DNA from: the human T2T-CHM13v2.0 reference genome, Homo sapiens
Direction: 5' to 3' (one strand)
Length of the DNA stretch: 64,000 nt
Assembly: GCF_009914755.1 (NCBI RefSeq)
Contig: NC_060940.1
Position 1 is the first letter of the stretch. Each line of letters starts with the position of its first letter. The translations under genes and the position numbers were made by a program. Positions 32,000-45,280 of this stretch are shown here, piece after piece. The notes beneath the pieces are model-generated. The model made no database searches and was not told the origin of the DNA. It saw only the letters and a program-made list of their open reading frames with translations.

Positions 32000-32827
32000 G
32001 AAAAGGAAAGGAAACAGGAAGCCAAAATACTAAGACATAGCCTACAGAATTGTGTCTATAAATCAGAGAGATAAGAGATACAGTCCAAAATGAATCACTT
32101 GTTTTGTGTCTAACAAATAAAATTTGTAATTGGCTTTTGAATACCATTCTTTCATTTTGGGTTGCTTCATGTTAATTTCTCATACTGAAACGTTGTCTCC
32201 CTTTTGAAGCCATGAGCATTTTAAGTACCTAATAATAGGATTCTTTTTCAGTAAGTGAGAGAGGAGAGAAAAATTGCTGGAGCAGTGAAAAGACATCCTC
32301 AGGGGGCAATCACTTTATTACATTATGTTCAGAATAATCATGAATTTGGGTCGGGCTAGAGAATATCAGTTTCAGAGAAAAAAATCTTCTATTTATTTTA
32401 GCGAGTTTGTGGAAAGTTGCAGAAAATTATCCCAAGAGCTACAAAGCGATTATGTTACTAATTCCATCTTTGTACTCTACCCTGAAATAATGTAAAAAAA
32501 TTAATATATCACTTTGAAAATCAATTTCTGATCCTTAAATCAGAATAAATACATGAATTAATTAAACTCACAGGGAACTGTGCTCACCTTAAAACTCTTT
32601 ATGTGAACAATGATAGGTAAATAATGAAATTTATCTGGATTGGAAATAAATTGGTCTGTCCAGCCTTCTTGTTCTCATAAAATCAAATTCTTTGTATTTA
32701 TGTACACAGAAACATTGAATTTCCGTGTACATTACTCTCACTTTCTTAGTTTGCATTTTTCAAAATTTTTAGTCTGTGAACATTTAATCCATCTAAGTTG
32801 AATAAAGTATATACTCGACTATGACAC

Positions 32828-33211
<384 letters not shown>

Positions 33212-33230
33212 TGATTTAAAGGCACGTATT

Positions 33231-33517
<287 letters not shown>

Positions 33518-34009
33518 GGCATAAATTTATGAAATATATTTATTCTATCTCGTCCTACTTTGAATATTGCATAGGGCTTTGCACTGGGGTCTTTTGTCAT
33601 GTAGGAAAGCTGTGCGACTTTTCACGTTCTAGCACACAGTAGAACAAGGTTGGCTCTTACCTTTGCTCCAGGAAAAGTCCTTGTGAATCATTCTCTTCTC
33701 TCCTCCATTGAAGTCCCCACCCCCAGGCTCCTGCATCAGAAGTGTAGTAAATGTGAGTAGATCTAATAATCTGGGGCTAGGGTAGCAAACATCATGAACA
33801 CATTGTCTCATTTTCTGCAGGGAAGTTTACATTGGCTATATGGAAATAGTGAGCCTCCTTCTGTTGTGTGAGCCAAGAGTGACTTGAATAGTCGGATTGT
33901 CAGTTCAAGGTCAGTGCTGGAGCCACAGCACTAAAAAGAAAGATGAGATGGAAGGCGATGAATAGCAGTTAAGGATGTCATCTCTGTTATCAGATTGCAT
34001 GCATTCAGA

Positions 34010-34120
34010 TGCAGGCTCCATCTCATGCAAGCTGTGTGACCTTGGGCAGTTGCTTTTACCTCCTCTGTAAAATAAGCGTAGCAATACTATACACATGAAA
34101 GAGTTTGTGTGAAAGTTAAA
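34010..34120 (+). mobile_element. MIR fragment
   Basis: GCTGTGTGACCTTGGGCAG core. Confidence 0.65.
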
Positions 34121-34127
34121 TACAAAA

Positions 34128-34260
34128 GGAGACAAGAAGGAGCAGGAGAAAGAGGAGGAGGTGGAGGAGGAGAGAGTTAGGGGGAGGGAGAGAAAGAGTG
34201 AGGAAGAGATAAAGGGGAAGGGAAAAAAGAGGGAAATAAAGAAAAGCAAGCAAGGAAGAA
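34128..34260 (+). repeat. GA-rich low-complexity polypurine tract
   Basis: Direct reading. Confidence 0.85.
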
Positions 34261-34955
34261 AACCTTTATGCAATTAAATGCAAAAAAAATACAACTCATG
34301 CAAAATTAACATAGATCTGAGGTTATCAGCAATTCAGCTAAAAGGTGAGAGTAGATGTCTCACTGAGTGCAGCGGTTTTCGGAAAGGAAATTTGATGTGG
34401 AGTGGAAAAGAGAAAACAGCAAATACTACCCCAAGAGAAAGGGAAAGGACTGCCTAACATAAAGGCCATTCGAGAGCGTATGTGATGGAGTGAGAGGATT
34501 CAAATCACAGTTGGCTTGGAAGAGACATGTCTTCTTATTATAAAGGAAGAAAAAAAGTAAAGACAGGTTTAGACTTCAGTCTATATAAAGGACCTTTCAT
34601 ATGCAAAGAGATCGTATATTTACTGAGAGCAAAGAGGGAGGTGTGAGAATGGTACCTCCTTGGAAAAGTATCCCCACACAGTCGGAGAGCCCAGCGTTGG
34701 CCAAAGGGCATGAACAGGTCACCTGTGCAGACTGTGATATGGCCTTCTGCAGCTGTGTGCAACTGTGCATACACAGGAACTGAGGGCATAGACATTTAGG
34801 ACCCAGGGTTGGAATCCACAGGGATACTGTGATGGTAGGACACTAGGACAAGGACATATAGGGGCTGGCAAGAGCATGGAGGAAGAGAAGTACCATGGAG
34901 TCAGAACCATGTAGAAAAGGAAGTGAAGTCAGGGAGGGTGAGGTTGATAGGAGAT

Positions 34956-34995
34956 TGTATTAGTTAGGATTCTCCAGAGAAACAAAACTAACAAG

Positions 34996-35033
<38 letters not shown>

Positions 35034-35428
35034 ACATATACATACATGTATGGAGGTTGGGAGAGATGGGAGATTTATTTTAAGGAGTTGGCTCGTGCAA
35101 TCGACAGGCTTGGCAAGTCCAAAATCTGCAGGGTAGGCTGGCAGGCTTAGGACTCAGGGCAGAGTTGCAGTTTAAGTCCAAAGGCAGTGTGCTGGCAGAA
35201 TTCCCTCTTATTCCAGGGAAGTCAGTCTTTTTTTTCATATATTGAGACCTTCAACTGATTAGATGAGGCCCACCCATACTATGAAGATAATTTGCTTTAC
35301 TTAGTGTCTATGGATTTAAATATTAATCTCATTTAAAAATACCTTTAAAGAAACATCTAGAATAATGTTTGGCCAAATGTGTGGGTATGGTAGCCTAGTC
35401 AAGGTGACGCATAACTTTAACCATCACA
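34956..35428 (-). mobile_element. MLT2 ERVL solo LTR with internal (TG)n
   Basis: TGTATTAG...AACCATCACA; TSD GAGAT / AAGAT. Confidence 0.85.
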
Positions 35429-36192
35429 AAGATGGAAAGTGTCTAAGGAAGCATGGAGTTACTGAGGCTGAAAAGCAAATAAAAATGGAATGATGGAAGA
35501 GAGTCGGAAAGATTCAGTGGTCTATGGTGGAAGAATAGAATATACACGTTTATAATTTCAAAGATGGTGCAATGCTAGGAAATGATTAAGAAGAAGGTGT
35601 GGGCAGGGAAGTGTTGAAGAGGAGTCTGTGAAAGTCATTTAGGGTGTTTTATGGGTCAACCACAAGGCTTTTGAAGCAGAGAGTTGCAAGGGGTGTGAAG
35701 AAATGACCTGTGGTTTGCCAGAGGACCTCAGTCTGGAGGGGCAAAGTTTGCTATCACCAGCTGACACTCATAAAAAAGGAGAATAAATGTGTTTTCTCTC
35801 CCTCATTTTTTTCTTTTGGCACCTCATTTTTACAAGGAAGAAATAAAAATTCTCTGTAATTGACAGAAGAACTATAAAAATGCTTACTGACTCCATGGAA
35901 ATATAGCATGTGGGAAAAGTTAGCGCACTGCACCTTAGGTCCCAGAATGTTCATTTGGATTTCAGGTGGGATGAATTCACCATGCTAGTGGCATTATGCA
36001 AAGCTTTGTCTGTGCATTGTCCCACATTTCATTTTTCTAGAAGAATAAATTAAAGTTTTCAGGAGTTACACACCTCTCACAACTACCAACCAGTACCTGC
36101 TGGAGTCTGGATTAGAAACCCAGGCTGCTCGAATCCAGAGATCACTCTCAATTCTCATTTTATAACAATATTAAGAGAGTTTCTTTTGTTTA

Positions 36193-36378
36193 TTGGAGAT
36201 TCTAAAAAGAGGGAGGATGGGAGAGGGTGAGGGATGAAAAATTACCTATGGGATACAATGTACACTATTCAGGTGATGGGGACACTAAAAGCCCAGAACT
36301 CATTATTGCACAATATATCCATGTAACAATATTCAGTTATACTCCCTAAATCTATCAAATTAAAAAATAAAAAAATAT
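36193..36378 (+). mobile_element. L1PB-like 3' end fragment
   Basis: GGGTGAGGGATGAAAAATTACCTA...A tail. Confidence 0.8.
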
Positions 36379-36469
36379 AATGAGGACCCTGGATGGCAGA
36401 AAAAAGATCGTTGGAAGAAAGAGAAGACAGCAGTGGAAAACCAGGCCTCCACATGTTCTTTGTAGTAGC

Positions 36470-36616
36470 CTTTGTAGTAGCTAATACGGAAGTCAGGTGG
36501 AGTTGAAGAAGGTGACAGATATCTGTGATTGTCAAGGGAAGTATACTGTTTCTGGCATAGGTGTATAAGACCAGGATTTGTATGTGCTGGTAAACTCCAG
36601 GTCTGTCCATATCACA
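36470..36616 (+). repeat. Dispersed direct repeat, copy 1 (147 bp)
   Basis: Ungapped match to 38296-38442 with 9 mismatches. Confidence 0.95.
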
Positions 36617-38295
36617 GGTCATGACATGGAAGTTCTGGGTTTAGAAATGGACAGACAAGGGGACCTTTCTGAGTAGACCTTGGTGTAAGTCTTGGGGTAT
36701 CCCTGGCCTCACTGTTGTGAATGGTCTGTGTCCAGTGTATTCTTGCAGTCTCAGCCCTGACCACACTCCAGCTTTCTAGGTGCATCTCACATACTTTCCT
36801 TAAGATTCCATATAGAACACAGCTTTTGAGGGATGTTGTGCTCCTGCAAAGTCTGTCCTCCATGTCAGTGAGGGAGAAAACCCGGCCCAGCTGTTCTCAC
36901 CTAGGGTCGGCCAAGAGGAGGCCTGTGCATCAAGTTCAGGTTTGCGGAACAGGAGGAACCTGAGCCATCTTTGTGTGGTGAAGAAACTTTATGTATCAGA
37001 GAGAGGGCTTCAGTTCTATGGCCACTTCTACAACTCACTTGATTTGTGACTTTGACTCAAAGTTTGTGACTTCAGACTCAAAATGTGATTGAGACTCAGT
37101 TTCCTCATCTGTAAACTTAGGGCCTCTGGGTTCATGTGACCTTTAGGGTTACCCCGGACTCAAAGATCCATGCTCATGGGATGCCTTTTGCTCTGCACCA
37201 TTCCTTGGGTGTCATAGGGTCTAACTGAATCCGAGTCCTACTTTCTGGTACTTAAAAATGACTCCAATTCACAGTGCTACATGGGAAATGGGAGGAAAGA
37301 ATGCGAGAGAATCATGGTTGTTGGCTGTGGCTATAGAAGCATGTCAGGGAAGTTCATCCTGAAAGAGAATGAGATTCACAGAAACTCTTATATCTTACCC
37401 CACCTCCCTACAATCTGGAGGTTAGGTAGTTTTCCTCTACTAATTCTCATTCTATTTATAATTTTTCATTTCATTACAATTGTAATTTGTCAAATATATT
37501 TTCTCGTTTAAACTTTGTTTGGGGTTTAGAGTTGATGTTAGTTTTATGTTCTTTTTCCTCCTTTAACTGAGTCAATTCCAAAATGTACTACTCTTTCTCT
37601 AACTGATTTTGTCTTAATATTATCATTCTACTTTGTACATTGCAGCCGGAGGTCACGTCCTAATTAATCAAATGCCATTTTATCATTAATCTGAGAAGCA
37701 CCAATTAATCAAGTTTTTCCTCCCATTGAAACTGGTGATTAACCAAGCTGTGACACTATCTTTTGAGTGACTTTCTATATTCTGCTTCTGATTTAGTAGT
37801 TAGGTGTACACATCAGTTTCAATCACTACTGACTGATCTTAGCTGGTTCTGACCAGGACAATGGTCCTTATCTTTTCTTCAAATTGATTCATGGATCCGT
37901 AATATTCTTGCTTCCTGTTCTGTTCCTGGGTTAATGATATGTGAAGGATTTCTCTACTCTTAAGTTCAGATTTTCAAAGATATGCTTAACTTCTAGATAA
38001 TGGTGTGGATCTTCATGACCTCAGGGTGTGAAGTCCTTGACTACGAGTATTTTTGTCTATCTACTTTAATGACATTTGCATAAATCTTGATGTAGGATGT
38101 CAGAATTATGTGGTGAATGTTGTGAATATTTTTTGAGAAATTAATTTTTTCAGATAAAACGCAAGTCTGTTGTAGTATTTCAAGATATTAGAGTTCAATT
38201 ATGCTGGAAAATGTGTTCATAAAGGCCCTATGCATTTAGAATTAGTGGCATACACTAAAGTTATTTCATTTTGAATAAGATATAATAACTAGAGG

Positions 38296-38442
38296 CTTTG
38301 TAGTAGCTAATATGGAAATCAGGTGAAGTTGAAGAAGGTGACAGACATCTGTGATTGTCAAGGGAAGTATACTGTTTCTGGTATAGGCGTATAGGACCAG
38401 GATTTGTATGTGCTGGTAAACTCCAGGTCTCTCCGTATCACA
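38296..38442 (+). repeat. Dispersed direct repeat, copy 2 (147 bp)
   Basis: Ungapped match to 36470-36616. Confidence 0.95.
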
Positions 38443-39739
38443 TAATCAGTCTCTCAGTCTCATTGATAAAAATAAATTGGGGATTAAGTTCCCAATGCTT
38501 TCCTTCAGATTCCAAGATTACTTTGAAATCAGTATTGCTATACTTTAAAGGGAAATTATTAGAGCATTTTTGTATTCTCTATTTTTTTTCTGCATTTTTC
38601 CCCATTTTAAAAATGCTTGTGATTACTTGAATAGATTCAAGCGAAGTGTAACAATAAGATGACTAAGACATGGTTTGAAACTAAATGTGATCGGGGGAGT
38701 GGTTTTCTTTTTCTTGAAAACATTCACCAATTTTTTTATTTGTAAGTAGCGATACTACCTTTATATAGCTGAAGGGCTGTGTTCTTACCATTAGACGGTG
38801 CTTGGAACAGAACACCACGTACTTAAACCATCCATAAATATTTAAAGGTTGTGATTATGTCAGCAGTTACCGAGGGTGGAACCACTGCGTGCTCAGGAAG
38901 TCATATATATAGGATGCCTCTTCCACACCACAAGCATCAATATGTGTACCTTAGAATGCCAAGAAAAAATTATGACCTATCATGAACTCATTTACTTTCT
39001 TTTAAGTTAGTTGTCTATCATCTTAGGATTATTGAACTTCCCTGGATCTTAGTCTTTCGTATTCTCCTTTGTCGCCAGGCTCTGCACTTTCCCAAGTTTT
39101 TTCTCCATACCTTTGAAACTCTTTCCTCTATTTCCCATTACCAGTTACACACAATTACTTTTGCATAAAACTTTTTTAGGAAGTTGTTAATACTTTCACA
39201 CTATCTTCCTCTAGATAGATTGAATCAGATGGACTGAATTTTAGAATCTAGTAACTTTAAAGATGAGAATCCTTCTGTGTGTGTGTGTGAGTTGGCATTC
39301 TCCAAACCTCAGCAGCTCTTGCAGCTCTTGGAGACATTAACACAGAGATTGTTGACATGTCTTTGGAGTGAGTCCCGAAACCTGACATTGAACCATCACA
39401 CAGTAGCCTCCCAGTGCCCCCTCCCACCCCAGTGTTTTCCCAGAAGAGACTCTGAGAGACACATGGCTCTATCTAGGAGAAGTCACAATGATAATTCTGA
39501 TACTGTGCTAGTGGAAAGAGGATGCAGATGACCAGGAATACCTGAGGAGTTAAGTTGGAAAGGCCTCTGAAATTTACTGTAGGATGTCTAGGACTCAGCT
39601 TCTACTTCCTTCAGGTGATCGTCAATTTCATCTAGATAACCCTTCAAGGGTAAAATCTATTTAAGAGAATTAACATGTGGTTTACCTCTACCCCTCACAT
39701 TTGTTTAATCACCTTCACAAAGACAAAGTGAAGAAACTG

Positions 39740-40138
39740 TGTAGGGTATGTTATTTACTTAAATAAAGGGAACGGAGATATGCACATATATTTACATATT
39801 TTCTTATGCTTTTTAAATAAATGGGAGGATAATAATTTTTTAAAAGAAAGTTACCTGCCGGGTGCGGTGGCTCACGCCTGTAATCCCAGGACTTTGGGAG
39901 GCCAAGGTGGATGGATCACAAGATCAGGAGATCGAGACCATCCTGGCTAACACGGTGAAACCCTGTCTCTACTAAAAATACAAAAATTAGCTGGGCGTGG
40001 TGGTGGGTGCCTGTAGTCCCAGCTACTCGGGAGGCTGAGGCAGGAGAATGGCAGGTGAACCCAGGAGGCGGAGCTTGCAGTGAGCTGAGATCGCGCCACT
40101 GCGCTCTAGCCTGGGGGACAGAGCGAGACTCCGTCTCA

Positions 40139-40170
<32 letters not shown>

Positions 40171-42022
40171 GTTACCTTTATGATAAACTATAGGGGAGGG
40201 ATAGAACAGAGACAGAAGCTAGACTTTTTTTTAACATGCCTTGTTTTTCAGATTTTACTGTAGAGTAATATACACAATTTAATAATTGTATACAAAATTA
40301 AATATAAAGCCATTTCTAAAAAGCAAAAGTAAAATGGAACAAATAAACTATTTGTTGTTTATTTCAACTATTAAGTTGAAGGCATAAATACATAGAAAGG
40401 AATTATTTAAAGTGACTTTAAAACAGTAATCTGTGTATTTTACTGTTTTAGATCCCATTGCCAAAAAAATCTTAAGCTACTTTCAATGATCACATCTTGC
40501 TAATGACAGCCATTTTTTTACTTAAAATATTGTGCTGTGACTCAGAAACTTATCCTGATAAAGCAGTTATGTGATTATATTGATATTATTGGAAATAATA
40601 ATTTTCAATTTAAGAGAAAAAAGAAGCAAATCTAAAATCAGAAAGATTAAGTAGATATCATATAACCCTGTGTTTGAATTAGATACATCAATATGAACTC
40701 TGAATATATTTTCTCTTAAGAAAAATAGAACTATTTCCTAGTTTGGTTTATCAAAAAACCATGACTATGTTTATCAAGAAATTATCAAGGAAAAATGATA
40801 TCTCCTAGCACCTAGACTGAGGGCACTAAATACCACTTTCCTCTAAAAGGATCTAGAATTCCTTGCAGTAAAAGACTGGATCCAAACTGAGCCATCAAAT
40901 ATACAAATAAATTGGGATTACTTTATACCAGAAAACAAGTATGTTGTCAAAGACTACTGGAGTGATGTCAAAAGGACTCAGTGGTTAATTTGAAAAGAAT
41001 TTCACTGGCCAAATGAAGTAATTGAAACATCAATAATACCAGAAATGGACTGAAACATCAAGTTAAACATTAATGAATGCCTTATAGAACAAAACGTTTC
41101 TTATCCATCTTTATGGGAAGATGCCAGAGAATCAACTCATTAGTCTGAACATTGGTTTGTAAAAGGAAAAATCAAGCATTTATCCCACTTTTTTTTTTTT
41201 TAATTACTAAACTGCATCTCAGGGTAACCAAATATTTAATGAAAGAAACTTTCCCATTTTGGAAGCACTCCAGGTCAGCATACAAAATTTAAGAATGTTA
41301 GAATAACTCCATTTTGTAAACTCCAATGAAATAATGTACCTAGAGAACATCAGTGATGGCTCACATTGAAACAGAGACAACAAGGTAGGAGGTACCTGGA
41401 AGTAGACAATGTGTGCTTCGAAAGATTCTTGCCAAAGTTCTAACTACCAGTTTATAATAAATACAGGAACAGAAAAAAAAAAAAAAAAACGTATCATGTA
41501 ACAACAGAGGGGAACAATGAGCAAGGTGGGAAACATTATAGAACAAATGGGGCCATTTTTTTTTCAATAGTTGATTGAAAGAAAAAGGAAGAGTGATCCA
41601 TAAATAGAGATTTAAGAGAAACAGCAATCGAATGCAACACATGTAAAATTTTGATATCCCGATTTAAACAATATTGCATACACTTATATGCACATATACT
41701 TTTAAGAGATAAGCAGTCCACACAGGATGCTGATAATACAGAACTATTGTGAAATTTTAGATGTGACAATTGTGTTTTTGTTTTATAAGGAATTCTCATT
41801 CTTTGAAGATACACTTTGAGATATTTACGCATGAAATAATATGATGTCTGGGACTGAATTTAAAATAATCGAGTTGTAAAGATGATAAACTTGGAGGGGA
41901 CATGGGTGTAGGCGAAATAAAATTGGTCCTGAGTTCGTCTCTGAAGGTAGATGTGTGTGAGTTTTAAATTCTGTTCTCTCTACTTGGTTCTATGTTTGAA
42001 AATGTCCATAATAAAAATGTTA
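39740..42022 (+). mobile_element. Old L1MC-like 3' UTR remnant
   Basis: Ends in TATGTTTGAAAATGTCCATAATAAAAA, a typical L1MC/MD terminus; body is degenerate. Confidence 0.6.
39857..40164 (+). mobile_element. AluY
   Basis: AluY diagnostics (GAGATCGAGACCATCCTGGCTAACACGG, GAGCTTGCAG), many CpGs retained, long poly-A, TSD AGAAAGTTACCT. Confidence 0.97.
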
Positions 42023-42072
42023 ATGACAGATAAATGTTTTCTCCTCTTTAAATTTTTAGTAAAGTTCTCAGT

Positions 42073-42418
42073 TTTTTGTTTTGTTTTTTGTTTTTGTTTG
42101 TTTGTTTTGTTTTTTGTTATTTATTTATTTATTTTTTTGAGATGGAGTCTCGCCCTGTTGCCCAGGCTGGAGTGCAGTGGCACTATCTTGGCTCGCTGCA
42201 ACCTCCGCCTCCCAGGTTCAAGTGATTCTCCTGCCTCAGCCTCCTGAGTAGCTGGGATTACAGGCATGCACCACCATGCCTGGCTAATTTTTGTATTTCT
42301 GGTGGAGATGAGGTTTCACTATGTTGGTCAGGTTGGTCTTGAAATCCTGACCTTGTGATCCACCCACCTCGGCCTCCCAAAGTGCTGGGATTACAGGCTT
42401 GAGCCACCGCGCCCAGCC
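42073..42418 (-). mobile_element. AluS with compound T-rich tail
   Basis: TSD AAGTTCTCAGT / AAGTTCCCAGT. Confidence 0.95.
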
Positions 42419-43300
42419 AAGTTCCCAGTCTTATACAATACAACTTTACTTGTAATAAGTTAAGGCTGGCAGTAATGAGCACCATGAGGACCAAGCTGAA
42501 TAAAGGATCAAGAAGAATGCGAAGTTGGTTGCCTCAGTAAGGGATGAAAGGAGGCCACCCACACCCAAGCGAGGATTCAGCCAGCTCTGATAAAGTGCCA
42601 TGTAGCTTTGGTTGTGACTGACTTGCTTTTCATTCTCCCGCACTTGGAGAGTGTGGGATGGAGAGGCACTGATGAGTTGATTAATCTCCTTGGTACCTAC
42701 CTTAGGAGATTCCGCGCTCCTCTCTCAGGAACACTCATGGTAGGCGATTGGAAGTGGCCTTGTTATTAGTCATGCTTCATCATGACCTCGAAATCACCAG
42801 TTGTCATATAGCCAGGCTTTAAGAATTAATTTTACAAGCATATATAACACATTTTCAAATAAGCTTTTATTTTACTACAGTTAATTATCCGTATTTATAG
42901 CTCTGTTGTTTTATTTCCCCAAAATACCTAATATAAGGTAAAATTAGAAAGTAAGAACAACAGGGAAATCATATTTTTCAATACATGAGCCAAATGTGAA
43001 GTATTTAAATTTTTTAAAAAATCAATGAGTTAATTTACAGTCAGCATTCAACCGGTTGCAACATTTTTTGAAGGAAAATAGCCTAAGGTATAAATATAGT
43101 GAAGATATACATATGAATTATTCTGACACCTGACAGGTGCAACTTATAAAGTATGAAACAGTTTACATGACAGGAGCATAATTATAAATATTTAAAGATC
43201 CTTTTTTTAAACAATATAACGCATTTTGTTGATTTGCCTTGATGCTTACTCCAGATTTTTCCCAGATTTATTTAGAGCAGCAAGAGCTATGTGGTAAGTA

Positions 43301-43381
43301 CAGCTGATTCTCACTTTCCCTGACAGTTATGTTTTATAAAGTTTCCATGGACAATGAATTATCAAATACTGAACCATTGCT
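43301..43381 (+). mobile_element. MER82 5'-end fragment
   Basis: TA|CAGCTGATTCTCA...GTTATGTTTTATAAAG...TACTGAACCATTGC; similar to the start of the copy at 43662. Confidence 0.7.
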
Positions 43382-43624
43382 ATGCTATGTCATCTCACAG
43401 GGACTGCCTTAGGAGGGACTAGAGATTGTTTTTAAGATAGGATAAAAATACCTTGTTTTTTTATTTTAGCAATTTTGATTATAAATTCAAACCCGAAAAA
43501 TACAGAGAAAATATAAAAATAGAAACAACTGTAATTTTTCTTCATGCAAAAATTATTTATATATAGCAATGTTTCCTTTCAGTCTTTTCTCATATTTATA
43601 CAAAAATTAACACTTTAATTAGAA

Positions 43625-43656
<32 letters not shown>

Positions 43657-43661
43657 AGAGT
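43625..43661 (+). repeat. (TG)n(AG)n microsatellite
   Basis: Direct reading. Confidence 0.9.
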
Positions 43662-44288
43662 GAGTTGATTCTCATTATGCGTGGAAATTATGTTCTATAA
43701 AGTTCCTGTGAACACTGAATTAGAGAGTAGTGGGTAAATACACAATTAGAGTCCCGTGAGCCTCTGACTGCAATATTTTTGTCCACCCATCAATACGTAA
43801 CCTTGTTTTACGTATGTTTCTGTTTAAAGACACCTTATATAGTCTGTAGTGCTGATTTATTAATATTGAGCTCATGGCCAACAGCACTATAACTCATGAC
43901 TGAATGAAGCTTCCCTAACACATATTTTCTCCGTAAGGTGCATGGCAGCTTTCTTGTACTTAGGAACATAAGGCAGTATTTCAGCTCTACGTTTGGGGCC
44001 CATTTTAAACAGGGAAATCACCAAAAAATGCACAAAAATGTGAAAAATGAATAGATAATGAAAAAAAACACTTGTTTACAGTATTGTAGCTGAAACAGGA
44101 AGGCAGAGTGCCACCTTGTTTGAACTCAGTTGGAAGCAGGTACGTTGGGCAGCCCAGAGTCTTCACTGCTGTGGGCACATTCACAAATGACCACTGAAGC
44201 ACATAAAGCTTTGATTTGGGGTTAAAAATAAATCTTAGCTAGTAGGCAAATTCACAATACAGTATCTATGAATAATGAGAAAGAACTG
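43662..44288 (+). mobile_element. MER82 (TcMar-Tigger), near full length
   Basis: Degenerate TIRs GAGTTGATTCTCATTAT / ATAATGAGAAAGAACTG followed by TA. Confidence 0.8.
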
Positions 44289-44747
44289 TAATTTACTATT
44301 TGCCTAAAAAATACCATATGGGTATAGTATAGCTCTATTATATTCTTGCCACGTCTTTTATAATCTGTTTATAAAAACTAGCCTCGGGCAAAATAGTAAA
44401 ATGAGCAATTTTTTAAAATTGGAAACTGCCCTTTGCCTTCTCAGTGGTACACATTTTTTAAAAAAATTTGATTTGCTTGCTCTCAGTTTGGGGTTAATAA
44501 GACCAAAATTTAAAATGCAAGCTTCCAAAGATAAGAATCATGCATTTTGTTGAATTGCCTTTATGCTTACTCCAGACTTTCCCAGATTTATTTAGAGCAG
44601 TGAGAGCTGTGTGATAAGTACAGCTGATTACTGTCTTATTTACGTTAATTTTCCAGAGCCTAACCTGGTGCTAGAAACATAGTAGGTACTCAGGAGATAC
44701 TTAGGCACAATAAGTGAATTCATGTCATCAGTAATATATATCCCACC

Positions 44748-45280
44748 ATGGTGAGTAGAATGGCCTTCCAAAGATGTTCACTACCTTAACGTTGGGACCT
44801 ATAGGTATGGTATCTCTATAAAAAAGGCATATTGGGATTGTAGATGGATTTTAGGTTGTTAATCAGATGATCATAGTAAGATTACCCTGGATTACACAGG
44901 TGGGCCCAGTGTAATCACCAAGGGCCTTAAAAGTCAAAGGAGGCCTAAAAGGAGATTCAGAGGGAGAGGAGGCTGTGGAAGGAGAATAGAGTTATGCAAT
45001 CTGTGAATGACTCAACTTGCTTTTGTTGGCTTTGAAGATAGAGGAAGGGAGCCATAAGCCAAGGAATTTGTGCAACCTCTGCAAGCTGGAAAGGACAAGG
45101 AAATGAATTGTCTCATAAAGCCTCCAAAAAAGCATGCATCCTGCTGACATCTTGATTTCAGCCCAGTGAAACCTGTGTCAGATTTTTGGACCACAGAACT
45201 GTAAGATAATAAGTTTGTGTTGTTTTTACCCACAAATTTTTGGCAATTTGGTACACTCCATGCCTGAGAAAATTGATACA
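44748..45280 (+). mobile_element. MLT1D/E MaLR solo LTR
   Basis: CCAAAGATGTTCAC...GGTGGGCCCAGTGTAATCAC...CAGAACTGTAAGATAATAAG...GATACA. Confidence 0.85.

Noticed and set aside
36470-38442. Novel miniature LTR retrotransposon bounded by the 147-bp repeats
   Set aside because: No TSD, primer-binding site or polypurine tract; homology extends past the TG; the interior includes an apparent MIR fragment and looks like ordinary host DNA.
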